This document shows positions 1-12,585 of a stretch of 64,000 bases of DNA, in pieces; the stretch's first letter is position 1; each line of letters begins with the position of its first letter. Under the pieces are notes generated by a model. That model had not been told where the DNA came from, made no database searches, and was given only the letters and a program-made list of their open reading frames with translations. This stretch comes from Leucoraja erinacea (lineage: Eukaryota). Location of the stretch: positions 70,804,001 through 70,868,000 of the forward strand of contig NC_073381.1 of NCBI RefSeq assembly GCF_028641065.1. The letters run 5' to 3'. The position numbers and the translations under genes are program-made.

Positions 1-384
1 TATATTAAAACTCTTCCCTTTGTTCTTAACCATCTAAATGTCTATGTGAGCCAGGGTTGTGTTGGCTTTCTTTTAATCTCCTTAATTTGTATCTTCTTCG
101 AAACGCTTGGCCATAGCCTTCCCATTTTCACACATGCTACTCACATTTTCTCCGCCGACCGGTTACATAGACCGGATACATATCTTCCCGTTGCATTTAT
201 ATATTTATGCAACTATATTGAAAAAGTTACTAACCATTTAAAAACATCTTCAAAATATTAAAGTTTTCAAAGTTCTAATTTTGAAGAAAAAAAAAACGCC
301 GACTGACGTCACAATCAACTCGCAAGGCGCGGCAGGACACTCCGGATGGGAGGGGCACTCAAGCTCTCCAACGACATTTTCAAG

Positions 385-684
385 CTCGGGGCTTGGGATG
401 GGCCCGTGACCGGCGCTGAAAATGAAGCCGCCGGTGGAACCAAGGACGAGCCGGGGTCAGGGTCGTCGATGCCAGCCCGCGGCCCCGTGGGGAGGCTGCT
501 GCCGCCGGCCGAGCCAGGCGACTGGGCTGGGGCTGGAGCAGAGCCTGGAGCTGGAATGAGGGCTGATCCCGGGGCTTGGGATGGGGCCGTGAGTGGTGCC
601 GAAAAATAAGCCGCCGGTGGAACCAAGGACTAGCCGGAGTTAGGGACAACCCCAGAGATGAAGGCGGTGCCTGGACTGGAGACC
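385..684. repeat. GC-rich tandem duplication (period about 183 bp), truncated by a CR1; host element unidentified
   Basis: GGGGCTTGGGATGGG...GCCGCCGGTGGAACCAAGGAC occurs at about 388 and 571. Confidence 0.6.
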
Positions 685-1790
685 ATAGAAACATAGAAAA
701 TAGGTGCAGGAGTAGGCCATTCAGCCCTTCGAGCCTGCACCGCCGTTCAATATGATCATGGCTGATCATCCAACTCAGTATCCTGTACCTGCCTTCTCTC
801 CATACCCCCTGATCCCTTTAGCCACAAGGGCCACATCTAACTCCCAAATATAGCCAATGAACTGGTCTCAACTACCTTCTGTGGCAGAGAGTTCCAGAGA
901 TTCACCACTCTCTGTGTGAAAAATGTTTTTCTCATCTCGGTCCTAAAGGATTTCCCCTTAGCCTTAAACTGTGACCCCTTGTCCTGGACTTCCCCAACAT
1001 CGGGAACAATCTTCCTGCATCAAGCCTGTCCAACCCCTCAAGAATTTTGTAAGTTTCTATAAGATCCCCCCTCAATCTTCTAAATTCTAGCGAGTACAAG
1101 CCGAGTCTATCCAGTCTTTCTTCATATGAAAGTCCTGACATCCCAGGAATCAGTCTGATGAACCTTCTCTGTACTCCCTCTATGGCAAGAATGTATTTCC
1201 TCAGATTTGGAGACCAAACCTGTATACAATACTCCAGGTGTGGTCTCACCAAGACCCTGTACAACTTCAGTAGAACCTCCCTTCTCCTATACTCAAATCC
1301 TTTTGTTATGAATGCTAACATACCATTTGCTTTCTTCACTGCCTGCTGCACCTACATGCCTACTTTCAATGGCTGGTGTACCATGACATCCAGGTCTCGT
1401 TGCATCTCCCCTTTTCCTAATCGGCCACCATTTAGATAATAGTCCACTTTCCTGTTTTTGACACCAAAGTGGATAACCTCACATTTATCCACATTATACT
1501 GCACCTGCCATGCATTTGCCCACTCACCCAGCCTATCCAAGTCAACTTGCAGTCTCCTAGCATCCTCCTCACAGCTAACACTGCCCCCCCCCAGCTTCGT
1601 GTCATCCACAAACTGGGAGATGTTGCATTCAATTCCCTTGTCCAAATCATTAATATATATTGTAAATAGCTGGGGTCCCAGCACTGAGCCTTGCGGTACC
1701 CCACTAGTCACTCCCTGCCATTCTGAAAATGACTTCCGCTCTTTGCTTCCTGTTTGCTAGCCAGTTCTCTATCCACATCAATGCCGAACC
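685..1790 (-). mobile_element. CR1-clade LINE 3' fragment (RT C-terminus plus (TTTCTATG)n tail)
   Basis: [34 protein letters not shown] motifs; octamer tail. Confidence 0.93.
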
Positions 1791-1827
1791 CCCCAATGCA
1801 GCGGCCGAGCTGACGCCTGCAGTCTAT

Positions 1828-3150
1828 CATAGAAACATAGAAATTAGGTGCAGGAGTAGGCCATTCGGCCCTTCGAGCCTGCACCGCCATACAATATGAT
1901 CATGGCTGATCATCCAACTCAGTATCCCGTACCTGCCTTCTCTCCATACCCTCTGATCCCCTTAGCCACAAGGGCCACATCTAACTCCCTCTTAAATATA
2001 GCCAATGAACCGGCCTCAACTACTCTCTGGCAGAGAGTTCCAGAGATTCACCACTCTCTGTGTGAAAAAAACTTCTCCTCATCTCGGTCCTAAAAGATTA
2101 CCCCCTTATCCTTAAACTGTGACCCCTTGTCCTGGACTTCCCCAACATCGGGAATAATCTTCCTGCATCTAGCCTGTCCAACCCCTTAAGAATTTGTAAG
2201 TTTCTATAAGACCCCCTCTCAATCTCCTAAATTCTAGAGAGTATAAACCAAGTCTATCCAGTCTTTCTTCATAAGACAGTCCTGACATCCCAGGAATCAG
2301 TCTGGTGAACCTTCTCTGCACTCCCTCTATGGCAATAATGTTCTTCCTCAGATTTGGAGACCAAAACTGTACGCAATACTCCAGGTGTGGTCTCACCAAG
2401 ACCCGTACAACTGCAGTAGAACCTCCCTGCTCCTATACTCAAATCCTTTTGCAATGAAAGCTAACATACCATTCGCTTTCTTTACTGCCTGCTGCACCTG
2501 CATGCCTACCTTCAATGACTGGTGTACCATGACACCCAGGTCTCGCTGCCTCTCCCCTTTCCCGCGTTGAGGGGATGGGACCCAATAATCCCACTGGTTT
2601 CCCGTTTTGCCATTAAAATGGATAACCTGACATTTATGATTTAATTATACTGCATACTCAAACATTTGTCCACTCAGCCAGCCTAGTTGAGTCACCTTGC
2701 AGTCTCCTAGCATGGTCTCACACCTTGCCCCCCAGCTTTGTCATCCGCAAAACTTGGAGATATTCAATTCCCTTATTCATTAATATATATTGTAAATAGC
2801 TGGGGGTGTGTACTGAAATGCACCCCTAAATAGCCACTGCCTGCCATTGTGAAAAGGAATGGAAGCGACTCTTTGCTTCAGGTTTGCCAGAACAGTTCTC
2901 CTACACATCAATAATGAACCCCCAGCTGTACATGTTTCTAAGTCTGTATACTCAGCGCTAATTGGGACCTTGTCGAAAACCTGCTGGATTTCCAGGATAC
3001 ATATCCAATCTTCTCCCACTAATTGAGGGTACTAGTACATCCTCGAAAAAACTCCAAATCGTAACATGATTACCTTTCATATCTACCTGATTTTGGTTCA
3101 ATCCTTCAAATGTGTTCTCTATCCCATCTTTAATAATGAAATGCAGTTTA
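1828..3150 (-). mobile_element. Second CR1 fragment in tandem; its 5' part is indel-rich
   Basis: Same motifs and tail as the preceding copy. Confidence 0.88.
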
Positions 3151-3685
3151 CAGTGACGATGCATTTTGTATGGAGTTCATTACAGGTATCGCTACGCATT
3201 AGCACTTAGATACATCTTGGATAAGCATCTCAGATACAGTATGTGTATTAGTACACTGAGACAATATACAGAGTCGCCTGATTTGGCACCATGGAGTCCC
3301 ACAAACTGTGGTTTAACTCAGTGTTATTATTTAATGATAACACAAAGTAAAACTTAAATTCCACTGCACGACTATTCAGAAATCCCAACAGTTTGGTATC
3401 TAGGTCATCAGTTGAGGTTTTCAATTCTCACGAAGATAGACACAAAATGCTGGAGTGACTCAGCGGGACAGGAAGCATCTCTGGAGAAAATAGGTGACGT
3501 TTCGGGTCAAGACCCTTCTATAGATTGGCAGTTAGGGGGAGAGGGAGACAGATAAATGGAAGGATAAGGTGGATCGAATGATACTCAAGAGAAAACATTC
3601 AGCAAAATTAGTTGGTGACGTAGCTCAAGGAAAATGTAGAATGGATCATTGTTAGCTGAGGGGAAGGTGACAACAAGGCATACTA

Positions 3686-5458
3686 CAGCTGCACAACCTT
3701 TTATCCGAAAGCCTTGGGATTAAAGAGCACTTTTCGTAATTCAGAATTTTTCGGGGGCTTTCAGGGAATCCAAAGATTTTTGAGGATGTATCATCAAAAC
3801 AGCTGGCTCATATCTACCTGATGTGGGTTAGAGTGCTCATTATGTCACATGAAAATGAGGTATCCGTGAAGGTCGCGATTTTTGTATCGATCCCGTATTG
3901 CAGTTACTCGATCGCGATTTTGAGTCTTCAATGTAGTTTTTTACACTTGCAGAATAGGAGAGAATAGGGAGGGTTAGGCTGGGATTCTTGCCACTCTGCG
4001 AGATGAGGCTTAGTGCGGCGAGGAGACAAGTGAGAGTTAGATGTGGTGTACTGACTGTGTGGGCAGAACTTTGGACTGAGTGATTGCCCACCATTCTCAA
4101 AAGCCGCTGTGTCTCCCTGTCCGAATGAGCCAACTCCAGAGGAATCCGCTCCCCCGATTCTATTTCGCTACGGCGAACAAGTGGTTAGTTCGCCCACAGA
4201 CAAGCTGCGGCCCCTCATCCGCAAACCAGGGTTCCTCTGGAGTTGGAGCGGGGCTGGGCTAGAGTTTGCTGCTAACGTAGTGAGTCTCTGGGATCTCCGT
4301 GCTTGCAGTGGGAAAATGGGGGTCGGTGTCCCGATGAGGGGGCGGCAGCTCGGGCTGTGGGCGAACTGCCACTTGTCGCTGTAGCGGCGCATCGGGGAGC
4401 GGCTTCTGGTGGTCCTGACGTCTCTCAGCTCCTGTCTCAGGGGGGAAGGGACACGGAGACGTCAGGACCACAAGAACCCGCTAGCCCCGATGCGCCGCTA
4501 CAGCGACAAGTGGCAGTTCGCCCACAGCCCGAGCTGCGCCCCCTCATCCGCAACCCGGGTTCCTCTGGAGTTGGAGCGGGGCTGGGCTAGAGTTGCTGCT
4601 GGCTGTGAGTCTCTGGGATCTCCGTGCTTGCCAGTCGGTGTCCCGTTGGTCCTGACGTCTACCTCGGTCACCCCCCTGGAATGGAGCTGAGAACTGGGAA
4701 CTGTACAACCCTTGCCTGTACAAAGGTTAAAGATCCCTCTGCAACTGCAAAACAACCCCACAGTTCCCAGTCTCATATCTGCTGTACAGGGGGGGTGGCC
4801 GGAGACGTCATTAGCCCGAGCCATCAGCTTCTGTCCCTACGGGGACAGCGGAGAGCGTGGGTTCCTCTGGAATTGGAACGGGGGGCTGGGCTGCTGCTGG
4901 CTGTGGGACCTCTGGGTTCTCCGTGCTTGCAGTGGGCCTGGGGTCGGTGTCCCGTTGGTCCTGACGTCTCATCGGTGACTGGCACTGGCTCCAACGTTAA
5001 AAGACAGTGAAAAAGCCCCCGCGCCGGTGCAATGCGCGGGGAGCTGGAGAGGGGAGGGAAGGGGTCACACATATGGCCGGGAAGCAGAGGGGTGTAGGTG
5101 GGGTGAAACTGAAGGGAGCGACAATTTGCTGCTGCCTGCCCGCTGAGTTAAAAAGTTCCCACGCAAGACTCACGATACACTGTGTATCGTGAGTCTACCG
5201 TGGGAACTTTTTAACTCAGTGTGCAGGCAGCAGCAGATTGTCAATTATTAACCCTCCCGCGCAATATACCCTCACCTTCTCTTTTATGAATGGGGATTTA
5301 GTTCCCCTTTCTTCGAGGACCGACCGGAGGTTCCGCTGTCACCTCTGCGGGCCGCGCTCGGTGAACGTTTTCAAGGACCTTTCTTCAAGGACTGAAAAAA
5401 TGTCCGCTATTCGGAGGTTTTCGTTATTTGGATCTTCGGATAAAAGGTTGTGCACCTG
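3686..5458. mobile_element. Non-autonomous Tc1/mariner-pogo-type DNA transposon (about 1.77 kb)
   Basis: TIRs CAG(C/G)TGCACAACCTTTTATCCGAA at both ends, TA flanks at 3684-85 and 5459-60; no transposase ORF. Confidence 0.85.
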
Positions 5459-5887
5459 TATCAGTAAAATTTTATCAGGACAGTGAAACTAGCCAAAGTA
5501 GGATTTTCTTTGAACTGCATCCCCTTTGATTTGTTTTCACACCTTCTCCTTATCTGTCTCCCTCGCCCCCGACTTTCAGTCTGAAGAAAGACCCTCGCCA
5601 ATGTCTTGCAGAAATGTAACATGACCTCCTAGCCTCTATACTCAATTGACCGTAGGCCAATGTGCTAAAAGCCTTCTTGATCACCATATCTACCTCTGAG
5701 ACCACATTTCAAGGAACTATGTACCTGCACTCCTAGATCCCACTGTACAATATTTGGTTATGTTCAAAGGTAGAATGAGAAATTTAGAAAATTGCAAAAA
5801 TTCCTTAAGATCAGTCTATACCAATATCTGCATTCAAATATTATAAACTTTGATGAATGAATACTGCTTATTAATTGTCATTCTTAC

Positions 5888-5991
5888 CAAACGATCCACG
5901 ACTCCAAACAGACTGCAATACAATGTGGGTCCAAATGAGTAGTGTGAAAATGCCTCAAAGAATGTTGTTCTTGTGAGTTTTGACCACAACC
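5888..5991 (-). CDS. USP45: USP45 coding exon 3 (GCGQNSQEQHSLRHFHTTHLDPHCIAVCLESWIVW); gene continues beyond the left edge
   Basis: Manual translation continues the ZnF-UBP (GCG..S..HSL.HF...PHCI...W..W); ttag acceptor, gtaag donor; 104 nt. Confidence 0.92.
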
Positions 5992-8143
5992 CTAATAACA
6001 AGTGCAAAATATAGTCAGTATTAAAAAAAATGACAATTTTCTATGTGCATTAATATAGCAAATTTTATCATTAACTAAACAATTAATGCAGAAACCTGAG
6101 CATACTAAATTTAAAGTTTCACCTAAAATGTGAAAATGAACTTGTCTATGTTAAATCAATACCAACTTCAGCTTATTATACTACTGCTTAATAAAGCACA
6201 ACTTTATATTATCATTGAATCTTATATCTTTTAAGACTACACAGAGATGTAATCAGACAGAAATGAACTGATTTTAGGAAAAGTCATTTAAAATTCAGTT
6301 AAAGTGTTGAGCCTTCAAGAGAATCTAAATTAAAAAAGTACACATGTAGGAACTTAGACCATATCAGCGCATGGGACCAAGATGGTACAGCCATTGCAAG
6401 AGAGATGTCGAATGCACAAGAACCCAGGATTGAAGGAATGGAAAAATCCAAGCAGGTTAAGGTTACGAAAGTCTGTTGAGTGCAAGCCCATGAAGAGATT
6501 TAAACTGGACATGTGATTTTCTGTACTATTTAATTATTTCACTTCCTGCCAGTTTGGATACCTGTCATTTGCTTTGTTGTTTGTTACTCAGCACGTTTCC
6601 GGCCTGGGTCAATAATTTCCCTTCAATTCTGCAAGCTTAAACTTGCATATGAAAATATTTTCTAATACATTAGGTTCATACCAATATCAAGACATTCCTC
6701 TCATCCCTGGTTCCCATAAAAATCATCAGCCTGAAATATTAACTTAAACTGCTGAGAATTTCCAGTATTTTCTGCTTTCATTTCAGACTTCTAGCATCTG
6801 CAGTTTTTGATTTCCTGATATTCCCCATGTTAATTACTTTTACCTGCACAAATGGACACCACTGGCAAGGCACCATTATTTTAGTACAACATTGAAGTAT
6901 ACCTAGATTATAAACACATATCCTAGCAGAAATTTTCCACGCATTTATTTTCTTGATTTGGATGACAAATGACTATGGATTCAGATTTTAGACGGACCAA
7001 AGGACTATTCTAAATAGAATGAGAATAAGATAGGCAAGTGCCAGGGTAGAAATCAAGCATGGTCTTTCAAAAGGATGTTGAAGCATCAAATTAGATACTT
7101 CTGGTCCTACTTCTTGTGGTATTGGTGACCCTGGAGAAAACTGGCACATGCTAGAAATGCCAGTTCAAGTTTAGAATAACTACAGTAAACTAATATCACT
7201 TTAACTGTCTAGCAAGCTTGGAAATCACTGTCTTCTGTTAATTAAAAAAAACAGCAGTTTCAGAAATAAAAACTAAGAAATATCTAATAATTTGCTGCTG
7301 AAAATGAAACAATAAAAAAATTCAGAAGACATGCAAAATTCAAAGGAATTGCCCATTTGAATGCATATGATGGGTAAGTTTGTAAATAACATGAAAATTA
7401 GTGGTGTTGATAATGAGGTTAGTCTTAGACTGGAAAATGATATTGATCAGCTGATTAATTGCGCATAAGAATGACAGACAGAATTTAGTCCTTGTAAGTG
7501 TGAGGTGATACAATTTTGGATGTCTGATATGGGTAGGACATGGACCATGAATATTGAGAGGAGGGACATTGTGCACGTTCAAAGATTCCTGCAGGTGGCA
7601 GCACAGGTAGAAACATTGATGAAGAAAGCATATGGGATGCTGTCTTCATTCATCACAACACAGAATATCAGAGCGGAGAGGCCTTGGTACAACTTTAAAA
7701 AACTTGATTAGACCAGAGTCAGAATTGTGTGTAGCTTTAGTTGCCACCCACTACAAAGAACATGATTACAATGGAGAGAGTGAGGAGGTTCAAGGGGATA
7801 CTCAAGGAACGGCAGGTGCTGGAATCTTGAGCAAAACACCAAGTACTGGAGGAACACAACGAGGCTTGGGGGAGGAGAGACCATTCTAAATAGAATCGTG
7901 ACAGACTCTCTGAAATTTTATATCAGTGAACTTGTAAATTTCAACCTTCAAATCTGCAAAAAAACAGGATAAATGTACAACCATTAAGCCAATGTTCAAC
8001 ATTATAATTTGTGGATAAATGTGTTTGATGTGCTAAAAGACCTTGGCGTATTTCATGCAAGTTCTTTCCCTTAAATTGTATTTGAGATTACAAATCTTTT
8101 TTTTTTAAACCAAGGAGACAATGCAGTTGATTTAAACAATTAC

Positions 8144-8313
8144 CTGATAACCACACTTCAGGCACATCCAAATATTTGGTGAAACATCTGACTCTTCATC
8201 ATGTGCTTTCAAAGTTCTGGCACATTCTGCACAAACTGACCAGTGATTGTGGATGACTGCTTTCTTCACTTGGATCAGATCCACCGCTCTGCCTGTATGC
8301 TGGCAGGCAGAAC
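8144..8313 (-). CDS. USP45: USP45 coding exon 2, ZnF-UBP domain (SACQHTGRAV...WSVCAEC...IWMCLKCGYQ)
   Basis: UBP-type zinc finger motif; AG/GT boundaries; 170 nt, phases consistent with neighbours. Confidence 0.93.
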
Positions 8314-9428
8314 CTAAATGCATGATTAAAATAAACATGAAATCGAGATTTGATTTGGCTTGGTTTATACCAACTGTAAAGTATGTATGCGAGACCCCAA
8401 TTCAAATTGTATGTTGTAATTCCAGGGTTTTATTAAACAAATTAAGTAATGATAGTTTAAATGTGTTCCCTGTAATGTTCTCAAGTATTTCATAACTCAT
8501 AATATGGAACTGCTTGAAGCTTTCATCTCATATTCATTACGAACTATATGTCAGGTGGTATGACTTTTGACACATTGTGCCCTTTTTAGCAGTAGCTGAT
8601 TGAACAATGTGCTGGAGAAACTCAGCGGGTGAGGCAGCATCTATGGAGCTCCATAGATGCTACCTCACCCGCTGAGTTTCTCCAGCATTTTTGTCTACCT
8701 TCGATTGTTCCAGCATCTGCAGTTCCTTCTTGAACAATGTACTGGAGTAACTTAACGGGTCAGGCAGCATCCCTGGAGAACATGGATAGGTGTTGTTTCG
8801 GAGAACATGGATAGGTGACATTTCAAAACCTTTCTTCAGACCCAACTCGAAAAACATCACCTATCCTTGTTCTCCAGGGATGCTACCCGACCCACTGAGT
8901 GTTTCTCCAATACTTTGTATTTGAGTATTAACCAGCATCTACAGTTCATTAATTCTACATTACCAGCTACTGCATCAGTTAGTTGCATGTTATTCACCAA
9001 TAAGGGATATTAGGTTAGAAGCTCAATCTTAATTACTTGTCTTATTAACAGCAATATAGAAGAAATTCTGACTATTACAAGTTTCAAATTATGACAATTC
9101 CAAAAGTTCCTTGTGCCATACATTAGTCTTACAGTACAAACATTTTTGTCTACCTTATTGTTTCCAGCATCATGTTGGAACAACATAACGAATATATGTA
9201 CGTGTGATGTCATGCATGTGTGTCTGGCAAAACATACCTATATACATCCAGGGATATACCCGATATATACATATATATATTATTACATCATATTCATACA
9301 TTATATATACATACATATATTCACACATAAGGGATATAGGTTATATTAATTATATCTTATAACACAATATAGATATATATATACAAGTTTCAATATATAT
9401 AGTTATGCCATATATAGTATACTACACA

Positions 9429-9560
9429 NNNNNNNNNNNNNNNNNNNNNNNNNNNNNNNNNNNNNNNNNNNNNNNNNNNNNNNNNNNNNNNNNNNNNNNN
9501 NNNNNNNNNNNNNNNNNNNNNNNNNNNNNNNNNNNNNNNNNNNNNNNNNNNNNNNNNNNN
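9429..9560. other. Assembly gap (N run) flanked by AT-rich repeats and a (TCTG)n(TCTA)n microsatellite (9691-9770)
   Basis: Directly visible. Confidence 0.98.
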
Positions 9561-9690
9561 TTTCGGCCCGAAACGTTGCCTATTTCCTTCGCTCCTGCTG
9601 CACCCGCTGAGTTTCTCCAGCATTTTTGTGTACCTTCGATTTTCCAGCACCTGCAGTTCCTTCTTAAACACATATACCCATACACATACA

Positions 9691-9755
<65 letters not shown>

Positions 9756-11036
9756 GTCTATATCTATATATGATTAAATGCCAGTTTCAAATCTACATCA
9801 TCCTCTCAGACATTCTGTGAAACAGCAATTTAACTATCAATGTTTAGGAAGGATCTTCAGATGTTGGTTTGCACTAAAGATAGTCACAAAATTCTGGAGT
9901 AACTCAGCGGGTCAGGCAGCGTCTCTGGAGAAAAGGAATTGGTAATGTCCCAACCCAAAGCATCACCTATTAATGTAATTGAGTCAGTCAATGGTTACAT
10001 TTCTAATTTGTGGTTTTATTTTAAACTCACACACTAAAGCAATAATACCTAATGAAAGCAGATAAAAAAACAAATATAATTTCCAGGGCATCATACATCA
10101 ACCATCAAGTTATAAATAAGCTTGCTATATGAACAATTCTAATGTCATGCTTTTATAAAACGTGGTGTGTCCTTTAAGCCAGTCACTCTTAAAAACAGCC
10201 TTTGGAACAACTAATGGGTAGCACAGTGCATTAATTTCAAACAAATTAGTATAAACAAGCAACATAATAACTAAGAAATGTGTTCATTGATTCATCTTGG
10301 AAGCTTATACTCAATATATGGGCTGGGCAAATATAAACAATTTGATACAAATGCTTCAATTACTTGATTTATTCAAGATTGAATGTTACAAAAAAGACTC
10401 CGTAGAATTATTGGACCCATCTCTGTGCTCAAGAACCCTTCGACCAACCAAGTCTGCACTGACTAACCTTTTTACTAAATCGTACACAGATCCCATTTTA
10501 TGGTTCCTGCGCTCCCCTCAACCTCCCCCAGAGTATACCAATCATCAAAACACTCAGGGCGACATATCACAACCAATTTACCAACCAACTCGCACATCTT
10601 TGGTAGATGGAAGGAAACAGAGAAAACCTGGAGACACAAAGAAACTGCAGACACTGGAATCTTGATCTAAACACAAAGTACTGGAGGAAATCAGCAGATC
10701 AAGCAGCATTTGCAGAGGGAATGGACTGACAATGTTTTGTGTTGGGACCCTTCTTCTACAGGGAGAGCTTGCAAAGTCCACTTTGACAGAACAAGAGGTC
10801 TGTGCTGCTGGAGCTGTGTTGCAGTAGCTCCATTTGCTGTCCCAGCTGCCCCACAGCCCTAATTTATCATGCTTATTACTCAAATGCTACCAAACATCTA
10901 TTCCAACAAAAGAGGTACGGAAACTACTATTATTCACACTTCTCAGAAGTTTAACAATGTAGTTCCCCACAGCATTTTCCAAATCTAAAAGAATGTTGTG
11001 TGGAATTATAATTGCAAAATAGAAAGTTTGTTTTAC

Positions 11037-11139
11037 CCAACACTTCATCAGATGAATCATCATCTTGAGGCTTTTTAGGTCTTCTGCTCTTCTTCGTCAT
11101 TACACCATCACCTTGGGAGGATGGATCTTTCACCCTCAT
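11037..11139 (-). CDS. USP45: USP45 first coding exon (MRVKDPSSQG...DDDSSDEVL-G)
   Basis: Resembles the vertebrate USP45 N-terminus (MRVKDP...DEDSSD). AG immediately precedes the ATG; GT donor at 11036; 103 nt, phase 1 joins the next exon. Confidence 0.9.
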
Positions 11140-11189
11140 CTGTCACTGGTAATTTAACATAACACAAAATATGTAAGTAGGAATGCGCC

Positions 11190-11533
11190 AGTACAATATA
11201 TACCCTGGTGGGGGGGGCGGCCTGCAGCGTCACACACACACTAACCATCTCCCCCCGCACACACACTAAGGCCCCCCCCCATGATATTATATTAATAGGC
11301 TCCTTTTACCCCATCCCGCCCTGACCATTTTCATAAATAACTCGAGAAATAACGCTCGAAATTTTCAGATAAGGCGATTTCAGACCACAGGGGATAAATC
11401 TCTTTCGGTATATGTGAAAATGTTACCGTTAGAGCGTCATTTTTTGGAGAAGATGTGATAATACACAAACAAATAAACACAAACACACGTACATCCGCAT
11501 ACAAGATCAGAGTTTTAAGTATAAAACGATAGA
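11190..11533 (-). mobile_element. Short non-autonomous element related to the 48.7-kb element (possibly Helitron-like)
   Basis: Minus strand begins A|TCTAT...AAAACTCTGATCTTG, shared with the start of the element at 48721. Confidence 0.45.
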
Positions 11534-12585
11534 TTAAAAGATGAAGAAATATTGAAGATAGACACAAAGTTCTGGAGTAACTCAACGGGTCAGGCAGCAT
11601 CTCTGGAGAAAAATGAGTGATGTTTTGGGTTGGGACCCTTCTTCAGATTGAAATAATATTTTCCAGAATTGTTTTGCCTTTGCATCTTTGACAGTGTGTA
11701 TAGAACCTCTGGTTCGGAACCATGAACAGCAAATCCAAAGGTCTGCATAGTCACTACCTCACCCATGAGCACAGTAGCTGAAGAGAAGGTAAAAATGCAC
11801 TGTGTCCAATCTTCAGCTTTATTATAAAGAATGGGCTCGCTGACTCCATGGTAAAAGTTAACTGCTAGCATGTGGACTTTGGAAGATGAAGAATGAGGAC
11901 CCACAATCCTGTTTATATGGTGGAGAAAGTGAAAAAGCTCAAATTCCTGGGCATACATATTTCCGAAGATGTTTCCTGGGCCTGGACAAAAGTCTAGATC
12001 ATTTAACTCGATCTTGATGTTCATAATATTTATTGACTTCAGGGAACAAGGCAGTCTACAGGCCCTAGTCAGCATCAATGTGCCAAAGTTGAGAAAGTCG
12101 AGAGCTTCAAGTACCAAGGTGTATGGTTGGTCCAACTTGTCCTGGGCCAACCACACTGAAATTATGGTTAAAAAAAGCATACCCTAAGACTCGACATCCT
12201 CCGAAGTCTAAGGATGTTTGGCATATCTCCAATGACACTTACCAACTTTTACAGATGCACCATGAAAATCATCTTATCAGGATGCATCATAGCTTGATTT
12301 GGTAATGGCTCTGCCTAACTAGCTCCTTCATCTTTCTGACATTGAGGGAGAGGTTGTTGGCTTGACATCATGTTATGAAGCTCTATCTCCTTCCTGCACG
12401 CCATCTTTTCTTTGGTCCAGAAACGGCCTGATGTGGTGATGTCATCTGCAAACTTGTAAATGGAGTTTGATCAGAATTTGCCATGCTGTCGTGAGTATAT
12501 AGGGATTATATTAAGCAGCTGAGGACACATCCTGGCGAGACGCCAGTGTTGAAAGCCATCATAGAGGATGGGTTTGTCACCATCA

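Noticed and set aside
3160-3430. Possible next USP45 exon (CYECDE...)
   Set aside because: No matching translation or splice sites found; the exon probably lies left of the window.
9390-9773. ORFs spanning X runs
   Set aside because: Artefacts of the N gap and microsatellites.
11590-12180. 196-aa ORF in USP45 intron 1
   Set aside because: Chimeric read-through of antisense and rearranged LINE fragments and a short repeat.
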